Positions 49,997 to 64,000 of a stretch of DNA of 64,000 nucleotides are shown here, piece by piece. Made by a program: the position numbers and the translations under genes. The stretch lies in the NCBI GenBank assembly GCA_002269645.1, contig NIVC01002322.1, forward strand, positions 62,001-126,000. Direction: 5' to 3'. Origin of the DNA: Macrostomum lignano (lineage: Eukaryota). How positions within the stretch are numbered: position 1 is the first letter of the stretch; each line of letters begins with the position of its first letter. The notes under the pieces are model-generated. The model saw nothing but the letters and a program-made list of their open reading frames with translations, was not told the DNA's origin and searched no databases.

Positions 49997-52900
49997 TTAA
50001 AAAACGCAGCTAACGCTGGGGTCGGCCGGCATGGCAGCAGCTGGCAGCTTCGCGGCCCCTCTGGCAGCGGCGCCGGCTGTTCCCGACCGCTTCAGCACCG
50101 CGGCAGCCACTGCGAGACCCACAGCTGCCAGCGCCACTGCCAGCAAGCAGCAGAGCACGACACGGGTCAACGCGCTGACGTCAACAGATGGCGACGAGCC
50201 TATAATTCTGATGCTGGCTGAAAAGTACAAAGCGCACTTCTTTTTAAGCCTCGATTCAGCAATTTGAGTAGGAGTCGGCTTATTCGCAAAGCAACTCACG
50301 ACACACGGCTCGAAGGGTCTTTGAGCTCTCTGCTGGTGGAAGCAGACCCTGGCTGATGAGACACGTGACAGTGACCTCGGAATGACACTCCGCGAACCTG
50401 TGCAACAGCCGAGATCGTTGAATCCAGCCTCCACTGCTGCCGATGAGATCTGGCTCTGGAATGAGCTGTGGAATGAGCACAGGCCACAGTTTGGCAGATC
50501 TCCGTAATTAATCACTCGGCATCAATTCGGCATCTCACCGTGAGATTCCAGACGCTGACAGTCTCAGTTCTCAGGGAGCAGTGCAGCTCTGGCTTGGGGA
50601 TTCCCTCATCAGTGTGCAGCGTCAGGTTCAGGTGCGAACCGTTGAATTGTTGATCAAACCAGCGGATTGATCTGGAAGGGACTGCGGATAAATTAAGCAG
50701 GCATGTGTAGTTTAGTCCGAGCCGGACTCACAAGTTTATCAAGATTTTTTTCCTGGCATTCTACTGGAGCCCGGCAAGCAAGCGAAGTTCCACCTGTTCC
50801 TGTCTCTGTAGTGTATTTTTTCTAGAAATTTGTCTATCGCCAAACCTATGCTTCGACTTTTTTGTGCACAGATACTAGAATAACCAGATGGGCCACTCAG
50901 CACATTTGCGTGTAAGCTACTTTCAGTTCAGTAGTAAGTTAAACAGAAGCATTTTAATGTATTATTAAAGCCACGGCTCATTTATTGGCTCTCACCCTCC
51001 CCCCAGCTTAACCCTCCAACCGCGCCTTTCCACACTACCCCCCGCCCCGCCCCAATTTTATTGCCTTTCTCAGAATTCCAAAAGCTGCCATGTACATTTC
51101 AGTGGACTGGCCAATGTACATTATTGCTGAACCAATTAGCAAGCTGTTTGCGCCTGCAAGCTTGGGCTTCTAAGCTTATCAAAGTCAAAAGTCAAAAGTC
51201 ATTTCAGCTATTTTACAATAGCTTATTTTAGTATCACGAACTCACGGACACTGCTGATGGCCTCCCAGTTACTGATTTGGAGTAGTTGAGCAGTCTCTCG
51301 TTGAGTGCCATCCTAACAAGCCCGTCGGCAATGCAGAGTTGTCAAGTTAACTTGCCAAGTCACTGTGAAAGCCTTCAAAACCAAGGTGCCGTCTGTTGTT
51401 GCTCTGGAAACGTATTCAAAGAATGAGTCTAGCCCAAAAATACATTAAATAAAATGCTTCTATTCAACTTTCTACTGAACTGCAGGTAGTTCAAATACGG
51501 TACAAAGAGTTCAAGTTTGCGCTTACCCTGCCAAGTCCAATACTGAAACCGTTGCACATGATTAATCTGCAGTTCGATGCAGAGGCAGGCGAACTGCTGC
51601 AGTTTCTCGGTAGCCAAGACCTGGTCAGCAGATTGTCATTCAGCTTCAGCTGGGACAAAGCGTTTGTCGAGCAGCCATTGCTCTGCAGCTTGCAGAAGTG
51701 GGCTGAAAAAGCAGAGCAAGAGCTGTCTGCTAAAGGTGATTCTAATCTGTCAAATTTTCTAACAAAAACTCTCTCACCTTCTTCAATTCCCAGCAGCCGG
51801 AAGTTCACGAACTTGTCAGTTTGATTGGCCACAAACTTCCTTAGTAGCAGAAATTGAGGAAGCTGGAATGAAGTGTTGAGACGCTGCGGATTTTGAAACT
51901 GATGGAGTCTAACTAGGGGTGTTCGGGGTTCGGGGTCGGGTCGGGTTTCGGGTCGGGTTTCGGGTCGGGTTTTTGTACCGGGTTCGGGGTTCGGGGTAGG
52001 GTGTTCGGGTCGGGTATCGGGTCGGGTTTAGGGTCGGGTTTTCGGGGTTTTCGGGTTCAAAGGAAAAATAAACTTTTTAAAAATAAATTTCTCCTAGCCG
52101 TTATGTAACGCTTTTAAGCATAAAAAGGCAAATATTTAAACTTCGAAAATAATGCTTGAATTGTGGTTTTCAATTACAAATTTAAGGTTTTAACGGATGA
52201 AATCTATGAATCTATGGATTCTGGCTGGCCGCTGGACTATGCTTGTGGATTTCAAAAATCCCTTTATTTTTAATTGCATACATTTTTATTAAACACATGA
52301 ATCAAAGATTTAAGGTTGTTCAACCTTTATTTTCCAATTCCTCATTAAGCTACCCTCGAATGTTGCGCTAACAATGACAACTGAAACCCAAGTTGGTAAA
52401 CATTTGGATAAGTGGATGTTAAAGTCAATGCTAAGATCTTAAGTATGAGGAGTCAAATTATAGAGAGGAGAGGAGTGAGGACTTGAGATTGCCAGCTGAT
52501 GACTAGAAATAGGAGTTAAGGAGCCAGGACTGCAAATGAGAACGAGACACAGACTGCTAGAGGTACCTCAGGACGAGCAACTCCCTTCAGTCGTCACTCT
52601 TGGAAAAAATATCATCACGGAAAGCCTGAGATGAAGGGTTCTCCTTTCAGGGAAAGTTCGGGTTTCGGTCCGGGTCAGTGTTTCGGGTTCGGGGTTTACC
52701 CCGGGATTTAAAAATGGAAACCCGAACACCCCAAAGCCTAACCAAATATGAAAAGTGGCGAACCTCGGGATCGGTCCAGTCTGGGCAGGCCACTCTGTAG
52801 GTTAAATCTGAATTTCTCGAATTTTTCGTGAAGCCGCACAGGTGAAATCCAGTCAGATTAGGATTAAAACTCGCTGTGCAGTCATGCGGATGCTCAACCA

Positions 52901-55644
52901 GACCTGCTGGCATGTGGTGGCTGAGCAGCACTTCAATGCTCAGTGCTCTGGCTCTCTCGGATGCAAAATTTGCTGGAAAATATCAAACAATGGCACTGTT
53001 GCAGTGTTGCATCAGTTTTAGTGAGGTTTTTTATAGAAGTCTTTGGAGTTTTATAGAGTCAACGTCGGCCTCAAAAATGAAAGGTCGGGGGTTCGATTCT
53101 CTATCCAACTCAGAACAATTTGTGGCTTTGACGCATGATGCAAGACGCATAACTTCTGCATTTGCTTCAGTTCACCCAGCTGTAAAATGGGTGCCAGCAT
53201 TAGCTGGGGTAATTGAGGGTGAGTGTGGCGACCCCCCAGTCCTTGGACTGAACAGCCGTACGCAGCCTTCAGATGCGCCGCACAATAGCTGCGGCTGAGC
53301 TGTCAGTTGCACATCTGCAGATGCTACTCACGGTTCTTCCTGCCATAGACAATGATGGAACGCACTCGAACTCTCTGCTTCAACTTCAGCAGCAGCCATT
53401 GATAGCCAAATGAGTCCGGAGTCCCGCTCGTGTGGAAATACTCCCAATGATCTGGTCTGGCAGACGAATGGCGGAAGCAGCTGGCTCCGGGCTGATAGTA
53501 CATGTAATAGGAAGATTGCCAGGCTTGCAGAAAATCGTTTGACGAAACGTTGAAGCAAAAGCCTGTTGATTTGTTAAAACATTTTTGTAGCTTAACAGAT
53601 TTAATCTTGTCAAATGTTTTCAAATAGGGCACCGGCTGCGCCAGCACCAGGGGCGCCAGCACCAGGGGCGCCAGCACCAGGGGCGCCAGCACCAGGGGCG
53701 CCAGCACCAGGGGCGCCAGCACCAGAGGCGCCAAAGGTACTGCAAGGAGGTGCCAAAGGTACTGCAAGGAGGTGCCAAAGCTACTGCAAGGGGGCGCCAA
53801 AGGTACTGCAAGGAGGTGCCAAAGCTACTGCATGGAGGTGCCAAAGGTACTGCAAGGAGGTGCCAAAGGTACTGCAAGGAGGTGCCAAAGGTACTGCAAG
53901 GAGGCGCCAAAGCTACTGCAAGGAGGCGCCAAAGCTACTGCAAGGAGGCGCCAAAGCTACTGCAAGGAGGTGCCAAAGCTACTGCAAGGAGGTGCCAAAG
54001 GTACTGCAAGGAGGTGCCAAAGCTACTGCAAGGGGGCGCCAAAGGTACTGCAAGGAGGTGCCAAAGCTACTGCAAGGAGGTGCCAAAGCTACTGCAAGGA
54101 GGTGCCAAAGCTACTGCAAGGAGGTGCCAAAGCTACTGCAAGGAGGTGCCAAAGGTACTGCAAGGAGGTGCCAAAGCTACTGCAAGGAGGTGCCAAAGCT
54201 ACTGCAAGGAGGTGCCAAAGGTACTGCAAGGAGGTGCCAAAGCTACTGCAAGGAGGTGCCAAAGCTACTGCAAGGAGGTGCCAAAGGTACTGCAAGGAGG
54301 TGCCAAAGGTACTGCAAGGAGGTGCCAAAGGTACTGCAAGGAGGTGCCAAAGGTACTGCAAGGAGGTGCCAAAGCTACTGCAAGGAGGTGCCAAAGGTAC
54401 TGCAAGGAGGTGCCAAAGCTACTGCAAGGAGGAGCCAAAGCTACTGCAAGGAGGTGCCAAAGGTACTGCAAGGAGGTGCCAAAGCTACTGCAAGGAGGTG
54501 CCAAAGCTACTGCAAGGAGGTGCCAAAGCTACTGCAAGGAGGTGCCAAAGGTACTGCAAGGAGGTGCCAAAGGTACTGCAAGGAGGTGCCAAAGCTACTG
54601 CAAGGAGGTGCCAAAGCTACTGCAAGGAGGTGCCAAAGGTACTGCAAGGAGGTGCCAAAGCTACTGCAAGGAGGTGCCAAAGCTACTGCAAGGAGGTGCC
54701 AAAGCTACTGCAAGGAGGTGCCAAAGCTACTGCAAGGAGGTGCCAAAGGTACTGCAAGGAGGTGCCAAAGGTACTGCAAGGAGGTGCCAAAGCTACTGCA
54801 AGGAGGTGCCAAAGGTACTGCAAGGAGGCGCCAAAGGTACTGCAAGGAGGTGGCAAAGGTACTGCAAGGAGGTGCCAAAGCTACTGCAAGGAGGTGCCAA
54901 AGGTACTGCAAGGAGGTGCCAAAGCTACTGCAAGGAGGTGCCAAAGCTACTGCAAGGAGGTGCCAAAGCTACTGCAAGGAGGTGCCAAAGGTACTGCAAG
55001 GAGGTGCCAAAGCTACTGCAAGGAGGTGCCGAAGGTACTGCAAGGAGGTGCCAAAGCTACTGCAAGGAGGCGCCAAAGCTACTGCAAGGAGGTGCCAAAG
55101 CTACTGCAAGGAGGCGCCAAAGCTACTGCAAGGAGGTCCCAAAGCTACTGCAAGGAGGTGCCAATGCTACTGCAAGGAGGTGCCAAAGCTACTGCAAGGG
55201 GGCGCCAAAGGTACTGCAAGGAGGTGCCAAAGCTACTGCAAGGAGGTGCCAATGCTACTGCAAGGAGGTGCCAAAGCTACTGCAAGGGGGCGCCAAAGGT
55301 ACTGCAAGGAGGTGCCAAAGCTACTGCAAGGAGGTGCCAAAGGTACTGCAAGGAGGTGCCAAAGCTACTGCAAGGAGGTGCCAAAGGTACTGCAAGGAGG
55401 TGCCAAAGCTACTGCAAGGAGGCGCCAAAGCTACTGCAAGGAGGCGCCAAAGCTACTGCAAGGAGGTGCCAAAGCTACTGCAAGGATGTGCCAATGCTAC
55501 TGCAAGGATGTGCCAAAGCTACTGCAAGGAGGCGCCAAAGCAAGGTCAGGAGCAGAGCAGAAAAAAAGCAGAAAAAAGCAAAGTCTCACCGCCGCAGTTG
55601 GTGCAGCAGAAGCACAGAAGCAGCAGCTTCAGATGAAGAACCAT
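49997..55644 (-). CDS. Type I membrane receptor: signal peptide + FTP/F5-8 type C (fucolectin/discoidin-like) domain + Ig-like segments + TM. Interrupted by a MITE and possibly pseudogenised
   Basis: Exon 55644-55590 encodes MVLHLKLLLLCFCCTNCG. Exon 53562-53332 encodes ...YFHTSGTPDSFGYQWLLLKLKQRVRVRSIIVYGRKN. The exon starting at 52972 encodes PNFASERARALSIEV...LCGFTKN...TYRVACPDW. Downstream exons encode WFDQQFNGSHLNLTLHTDEGIPKPELHCSLR, EVTVTCLISQ and TM VVLCCLLAVALAAVGLAVAAAVL-KR, ending SCVF*. Exons between 51250 and 51730 could not be joined without a stop or phase mismatch. Confidence 0.6.
51914..52734. mobile_element. Non-autonomous hAT-type MITE (821 bp) with an 8-bp TSD
   Basis: TIRs are TAGGGGTGTTCGGG (51914) and CCCGAACACCCCAA (ends 52734). 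The flanks are agtctaac (51906-51913) and agcctaac (52735-52742), matching at 7/8. There are subterminal (ggttcgggtc)-type repeats. Confidence 0.85.
53050..53325 (+). mobile_element. tRNA-derived SINE with a CORE-like central segment
   Basis: B-box-like GGTTCGATTCTC (~53089) and cacccagctgtaaaatggg. The tail aatagctgcggctgagctgtcagttgcacatctgc also occurs inverted at ~19400-19437. Confidence 0.6.
53625..55545. repeat. 15-bp (gggcgccagcaccag) then 22-bp (ggtgccaaagctactgcaagga) minisatellites
   Basis: About 80 copies of the 22-mer. All three + frames are open with a 22-aa period, which is a repeat artefact. The array sits in intron 1 of the minus-strand receptor. Confidence 0.95.
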
Positions 55645-56014
55645 TGCAGATATCAACAGTCGTTAGTTGAAGAGCTTAGCTGCGATCGTATTTAAGTGTG
55701 CTGGCAGCGGTTCACCCTGTGCAGCACTAACCGCCGCCAAAAACTGAGGTATTAAGAGCTATAAGCAGTCTTCTATTTAGCAAATAGTCAACCAAATTAA
55801 CTTCAATGCACTGGTAAACAAGTTACCAGACTTCGACAAACAAAGAAGAATAAATCGGTCAGCAAAATTTAGCACTGATTGATCTTCGATTTATCCGGTG
55901 TGGCTCACTCAGCGTTTTCCGGTTTTTTATTTCTTAGAGTCTACTGAAAGTAGGCAGATTAGAAAGCCGTAGTAGCTTAATGCTTTGGGATCACCAGAAT
56001 GGCAGAACAGGGAA

Positions 56015-56450
56015 GTACCTGATGAAGGCTGTAGCAATACCCACTGAAATACTATGAAGGCTGTAGCAATACCCTATGAAGGCTGTAGCAATACCCAGTG
56101 TACCTGATAAAGGCTGTAGCAATACCTACTATAAATACCTGATAAAGGCTGTAGCAATACCTACTATAAATACCCGATAAAGGCTGTAGCAATACCTACT
56201 GAAGTATCTGATGAAGGCTGTAGCAATACCTACTATAAATACCCGATAAAGGCTGTAGCAATACCTACTGAAGTATCTGATGAAGGCTGTAGCAATACCT
56301 ACTATAAATACCCGATGAAGGCTGTAGCAATACCTACTGAAGTATCTGATGAAGGCTGTAGCAATACCTACTGAAGTATCTGATGAAGGCTGTAGCAATA
56401 CCTACTGAAGTATCTGATGAAGGCTGTAGCAATACCCACTGAAGTATCTG
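56015..56450. repeat. ~34-bp minisatellite (gaaggctgtagcaatacctactgaagtatctgat)
   Basis: About 13 copies with two alternating variants. Confidence 0.9.
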
Positions 56451-56754
56451 TGGTGGTGACCAAGGGGTAATTAGATCCAGCATTTGAAGCAACTCAAGTC
56501 AATCGTAAAAACACCTGTTTTGAATTATCTAGGATTAAATATGACGCTTTTATATAAAAAGTGAAATAGAAAGTCATATATATTTACTATTTATAAACTC
56601 TCAAAGCATCTCAAAGCAGTGCAAACCAACAGCTGAGTTATATGGAAGCTATTAATGACAGTTGCTATAGGCTAAATAGTCGTTTGCATTTGAACTTGTG
56701 TAGACGGTTTTAAAATGACGCTGAAACATGAAGAAGTTCCTTCGTAGCAGCTGT

Positions 56755-61186
<4,432 letters not shown>

Positions 61187-61799
61187 ATCTGTTTACGGAG
61201 ATAGCCAGAACTAGAAATTAACCAAGTGAGGCCGCGATCCTGAGTAAAATTCGTAAGTTAAGTATAGCTCGAAAGTAAAAAAGTCACGCTCATTAAATTC
61301 GTACCATTCTAGACTCCAAATATGAACACTGTAAACTAAAAGGATTAAATGAATAGATTCAACTCCTGTCATGGTTCTTTGTATAGTTGAACATTATCAA
61401 CGCCTTTTTACTACACTTAACAAATTCTTAGTTTAAAAAATTGTTTTACTCGGCACGATAAAAAGAGGCGATATTATAAACGCACACTTGATTTTGTTCT
61501 TAAAAACGATCATTGGTTTTTATGCCATTGCGACATTGCGACATTAAAGAAAAAATACTACCACATCTTCCAATAGGTAAGTAAAAAACAAATTCTTATA
61601 TAGTTTAAACTCTTACTCGTAGTGATAAAAATACGCAGCTAAGTGTGTGTATGCATAGAGCAAATTCGCTTCTAAGCTATTAATTTTCGACCGAAATTAT
61701 CTAATATTACTTAGTATTAGTTAGCTAATCATTTATTATATATTATTCATAAAAATAAACTAATAATATATTCGTAATTTTTGATTCCAAATCAAAGCA

Positions 61800-62735
61800 A
61801 TGTTGGCGGTGACGAAGCTTCAATATCAACTGTTCTGTCGATCGATTCTACTTCGCATTCTTATATTGACCTTTGTGTCAAGTTCTGCGGTTCGTTTAAA
61901 TAAAAATCCGTGTTCTGAAGTCGCGTGCACTATGACAATCGAACCTGGGGACACATTTGAACCACAGTGCAACAAATTTGTTGGCTTTATGTTGCTTATG
62001 GAGCCTGGCAAGAAAGTAACGTTTCAGAAGAAAGCAGAGCCGGAACTCAGCAACAGCCCATTTGACTTAGAAACTATCGACTCTACGGGCGACTGCTCTC
62101 TTTCGGCAGAGAATTTCACCCAAGCATTGCAGCGAAAGTACGTCATCTCACACAATACGTGCTCACCATACTTACACAATATAATTGAGCTTTTAACACT
62201 AAGAGTTGCCCGATAATTACTACAGAACCGACTGCTTCGTTGCTGATCGCGGCGGCTACTTCAATTGCCAGATTAAAAATCCGAAATCGGTCAGCGAGGC
62301 TCTGTACCACGGGTGCTTCTCAGAGAAGCGAATTCTTAACGGGTCCTACAACTGCAGTAAGTTGATCTTTCAGTACAATAGGTTAAATATAATTTTTAAA
62401 AAATGAAATGACCTTGTCCGAACAGGTTAGACCATGAGATATTAATAATGGGCCGCGATTTGGCTATTGCGAAGTAGATCCGAGGACTTTGGCTGGAGAA
62501 TCGGGAGAGACCCACTCATTGCGACAGTGATAAATGACTGACAACGATCCCTGCGACTAAAACTCATACAAGATAAAAAAGGTTCCTTCCAGTCAAAAAC
62601 TGAAATATAATTTAATTTTAGTAAACTCCAGCAGTACAGAATTCACCTTGACGACAAAGCAGCCCTCGATGCTCGAACAGAAACTGCCCACTTCCAATCC
62701 TCAAAGCGACAGGCGGGATGGAGCCGGACGGTTTG
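61800..62735 (+). CDS. Putative secreted or membrane Cys-containing protein of unknown family, multi-exon, probably continuing beyond the microsatellite
   Basis: An ATG at 61800 is followed by a hydrophobic signal-like segment (SILLRILILTFVSSSA) and Cys-containing frames (61800-62145, 62206-62356 ending at a GTAAGT donor). A Ser/Thr-rich frame ends at a GTGAGT donor near 62735. The exact junctions are unresolved. Confidence 0.45.
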
Positions 62736-62784
62736 GTGAGTTGAGAAATAAATAAACTTTAAATGAACTCACATCTGCATGCAA

Positions 62785-62843
62785 CTCAATCAACCAATCA
62801 ACCAATCGATCAATTAATCAATCAATCAATCAATCAATTAATA

Positions 62844-62882
<39 letters not shown>

Positions 62883-62909
62883 TAGACAATCAATCAATCA
62901 ATAAATTAT

Positions 62910-62954
<45 letters not shown>

Positions 62955-62987
62955 TAATAAATCAATCAATCAATCAATCAATCAATG

Positions 62988-63018
<31 letters not shown>

Positions 63019-63023
63019 CAATT

Positions 63024-63070
<47 letters not shown>

Positions 63071-63097
63071 TAGACAATCAATCAATCAATAAATTAT

Positions 63098-63142
<45 letters not shown>

Positions 63143-63147
63143 TAATA

Positions 63148-63178
<31 letters not shown>

Positions 63179-63335
63179 AAATCAATAAATCAATCAATTA
63201 ATCAATCAATCAATCAATCAATTAATTAATCAATCAATCAATCAATTAATCAATTAATCAATCAGTCCATCAAGCAATCAATCAATCAATCGATCGATCA
63301 ATCAATCAATCGATCAATTAATTAATTAATTAATT

Positions 63336-63390
<55 letters not shown>

Positions 63391-63395
63391 TAATT

Positions 63396-63426
<31 letters not shown>

Positions 63427-63563
63427 TAATTAATCAATCAATCAATCAATTAATCAATTAATCAATCAGTCCATCAAGCAATCAATCAATCAATCGATCG
63501 ATCAATCAATCAATCAATCAATCGATCGATCAATCAATCAATCGATCAATTAATTAATTAATT

Positions 63564-63596
<33 letters not shown>

Positions 63597-63725
63597 ATAA
63601 ATCAATCAGCCAATCAATCAGTCAATCAATCAATCAATCAATCAACGAGTCAGGTAATCAATCAAATAATCAATAATTTAATCAATCAATCAATTAATCA
63701 ATCCATCAATTAGTCAATATTAAAT
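62785..63725. repeat. (ATCA)n microsatellite, ~940 bp, imperfect
   Basis: Tetranucleotide run with variant units and internal block duplications. Confidence 0.96.
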
Positions 63726-64000
63726 CAATCTAGTATTTATCTATTTCGACATGGTCTTGCCCCTTAAATTTTCCTGATGCTGTAACATACAACGATTCCC
63801 TAAGTCCAACCAATCAGAAACAGAATTGTTCGCAGCTCGGATATTAATCTCCCTGAGGATAAGCCAGATTGTTTACGAGGTGCTTCATTCGCCGTTTCCC
63901 CTCGCCTGACTGATTAATCAACTGCTTTTATTAGGCGCTCGGCTAGCCCTGAGTCACAGAGAGGACACTCCCTGCGTGACCACCCAGCACCTGATCATTA

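Noticed and set aside
50031-50267. Ala-rich 78-aa + strand ORF
   Set aside because: It is the antisense shadow of the TM-encoding last exon of the minus-strand receptor.
53614-55695. ~630-690-aa ORFs in all three + frames
   Set aside because: A 22-bp repeat with no stops cycles through the frames. It lies in an intron of the minus-strand receptor.

Overview
Eukaryotic (metazoan) genomic DNA with GT-AG introns, many of them filled with minisatellites. The style resembles the flatworm Macrostomum; that is inference and cannot be confirmed here. Exon-by-exon reconstruction gives these genes. Minus strand: BCKDK, a CLIC chloride channel and a THAP-domain gene, then a lectin-like (FTP/F5-8C) plus Ig-like type I membrane receptor interrupted by a hAT MITE, and a complete 9-exon CaMKIV. 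Plus strand: an LRAT/NlpC-P60-like gene lacking its catalytic Cys (duplicated within a 5.4-kb tandem duplication), an 8-exon ligand-gated-channel gene, and a putative secreted protein. The channel gene combines iGluR-type S1/S2 lobes and a third TM with a potassium-channel filter, TTVGYGD (GluR0/AvGluR1-like). Mobile DNA: a decayed tyrosine-recombinase (Ngaro/DIRS-type) retrotransposon, tRNA-derived SINEs, and a non-autonomous Helitron family (TC...hairpin-CTAG) carrying 20-bp and 18-bp satellite arrays, including an exact head-to-tail junction. Most long ORFs in the supplied track are artefacts of tandem repeats.
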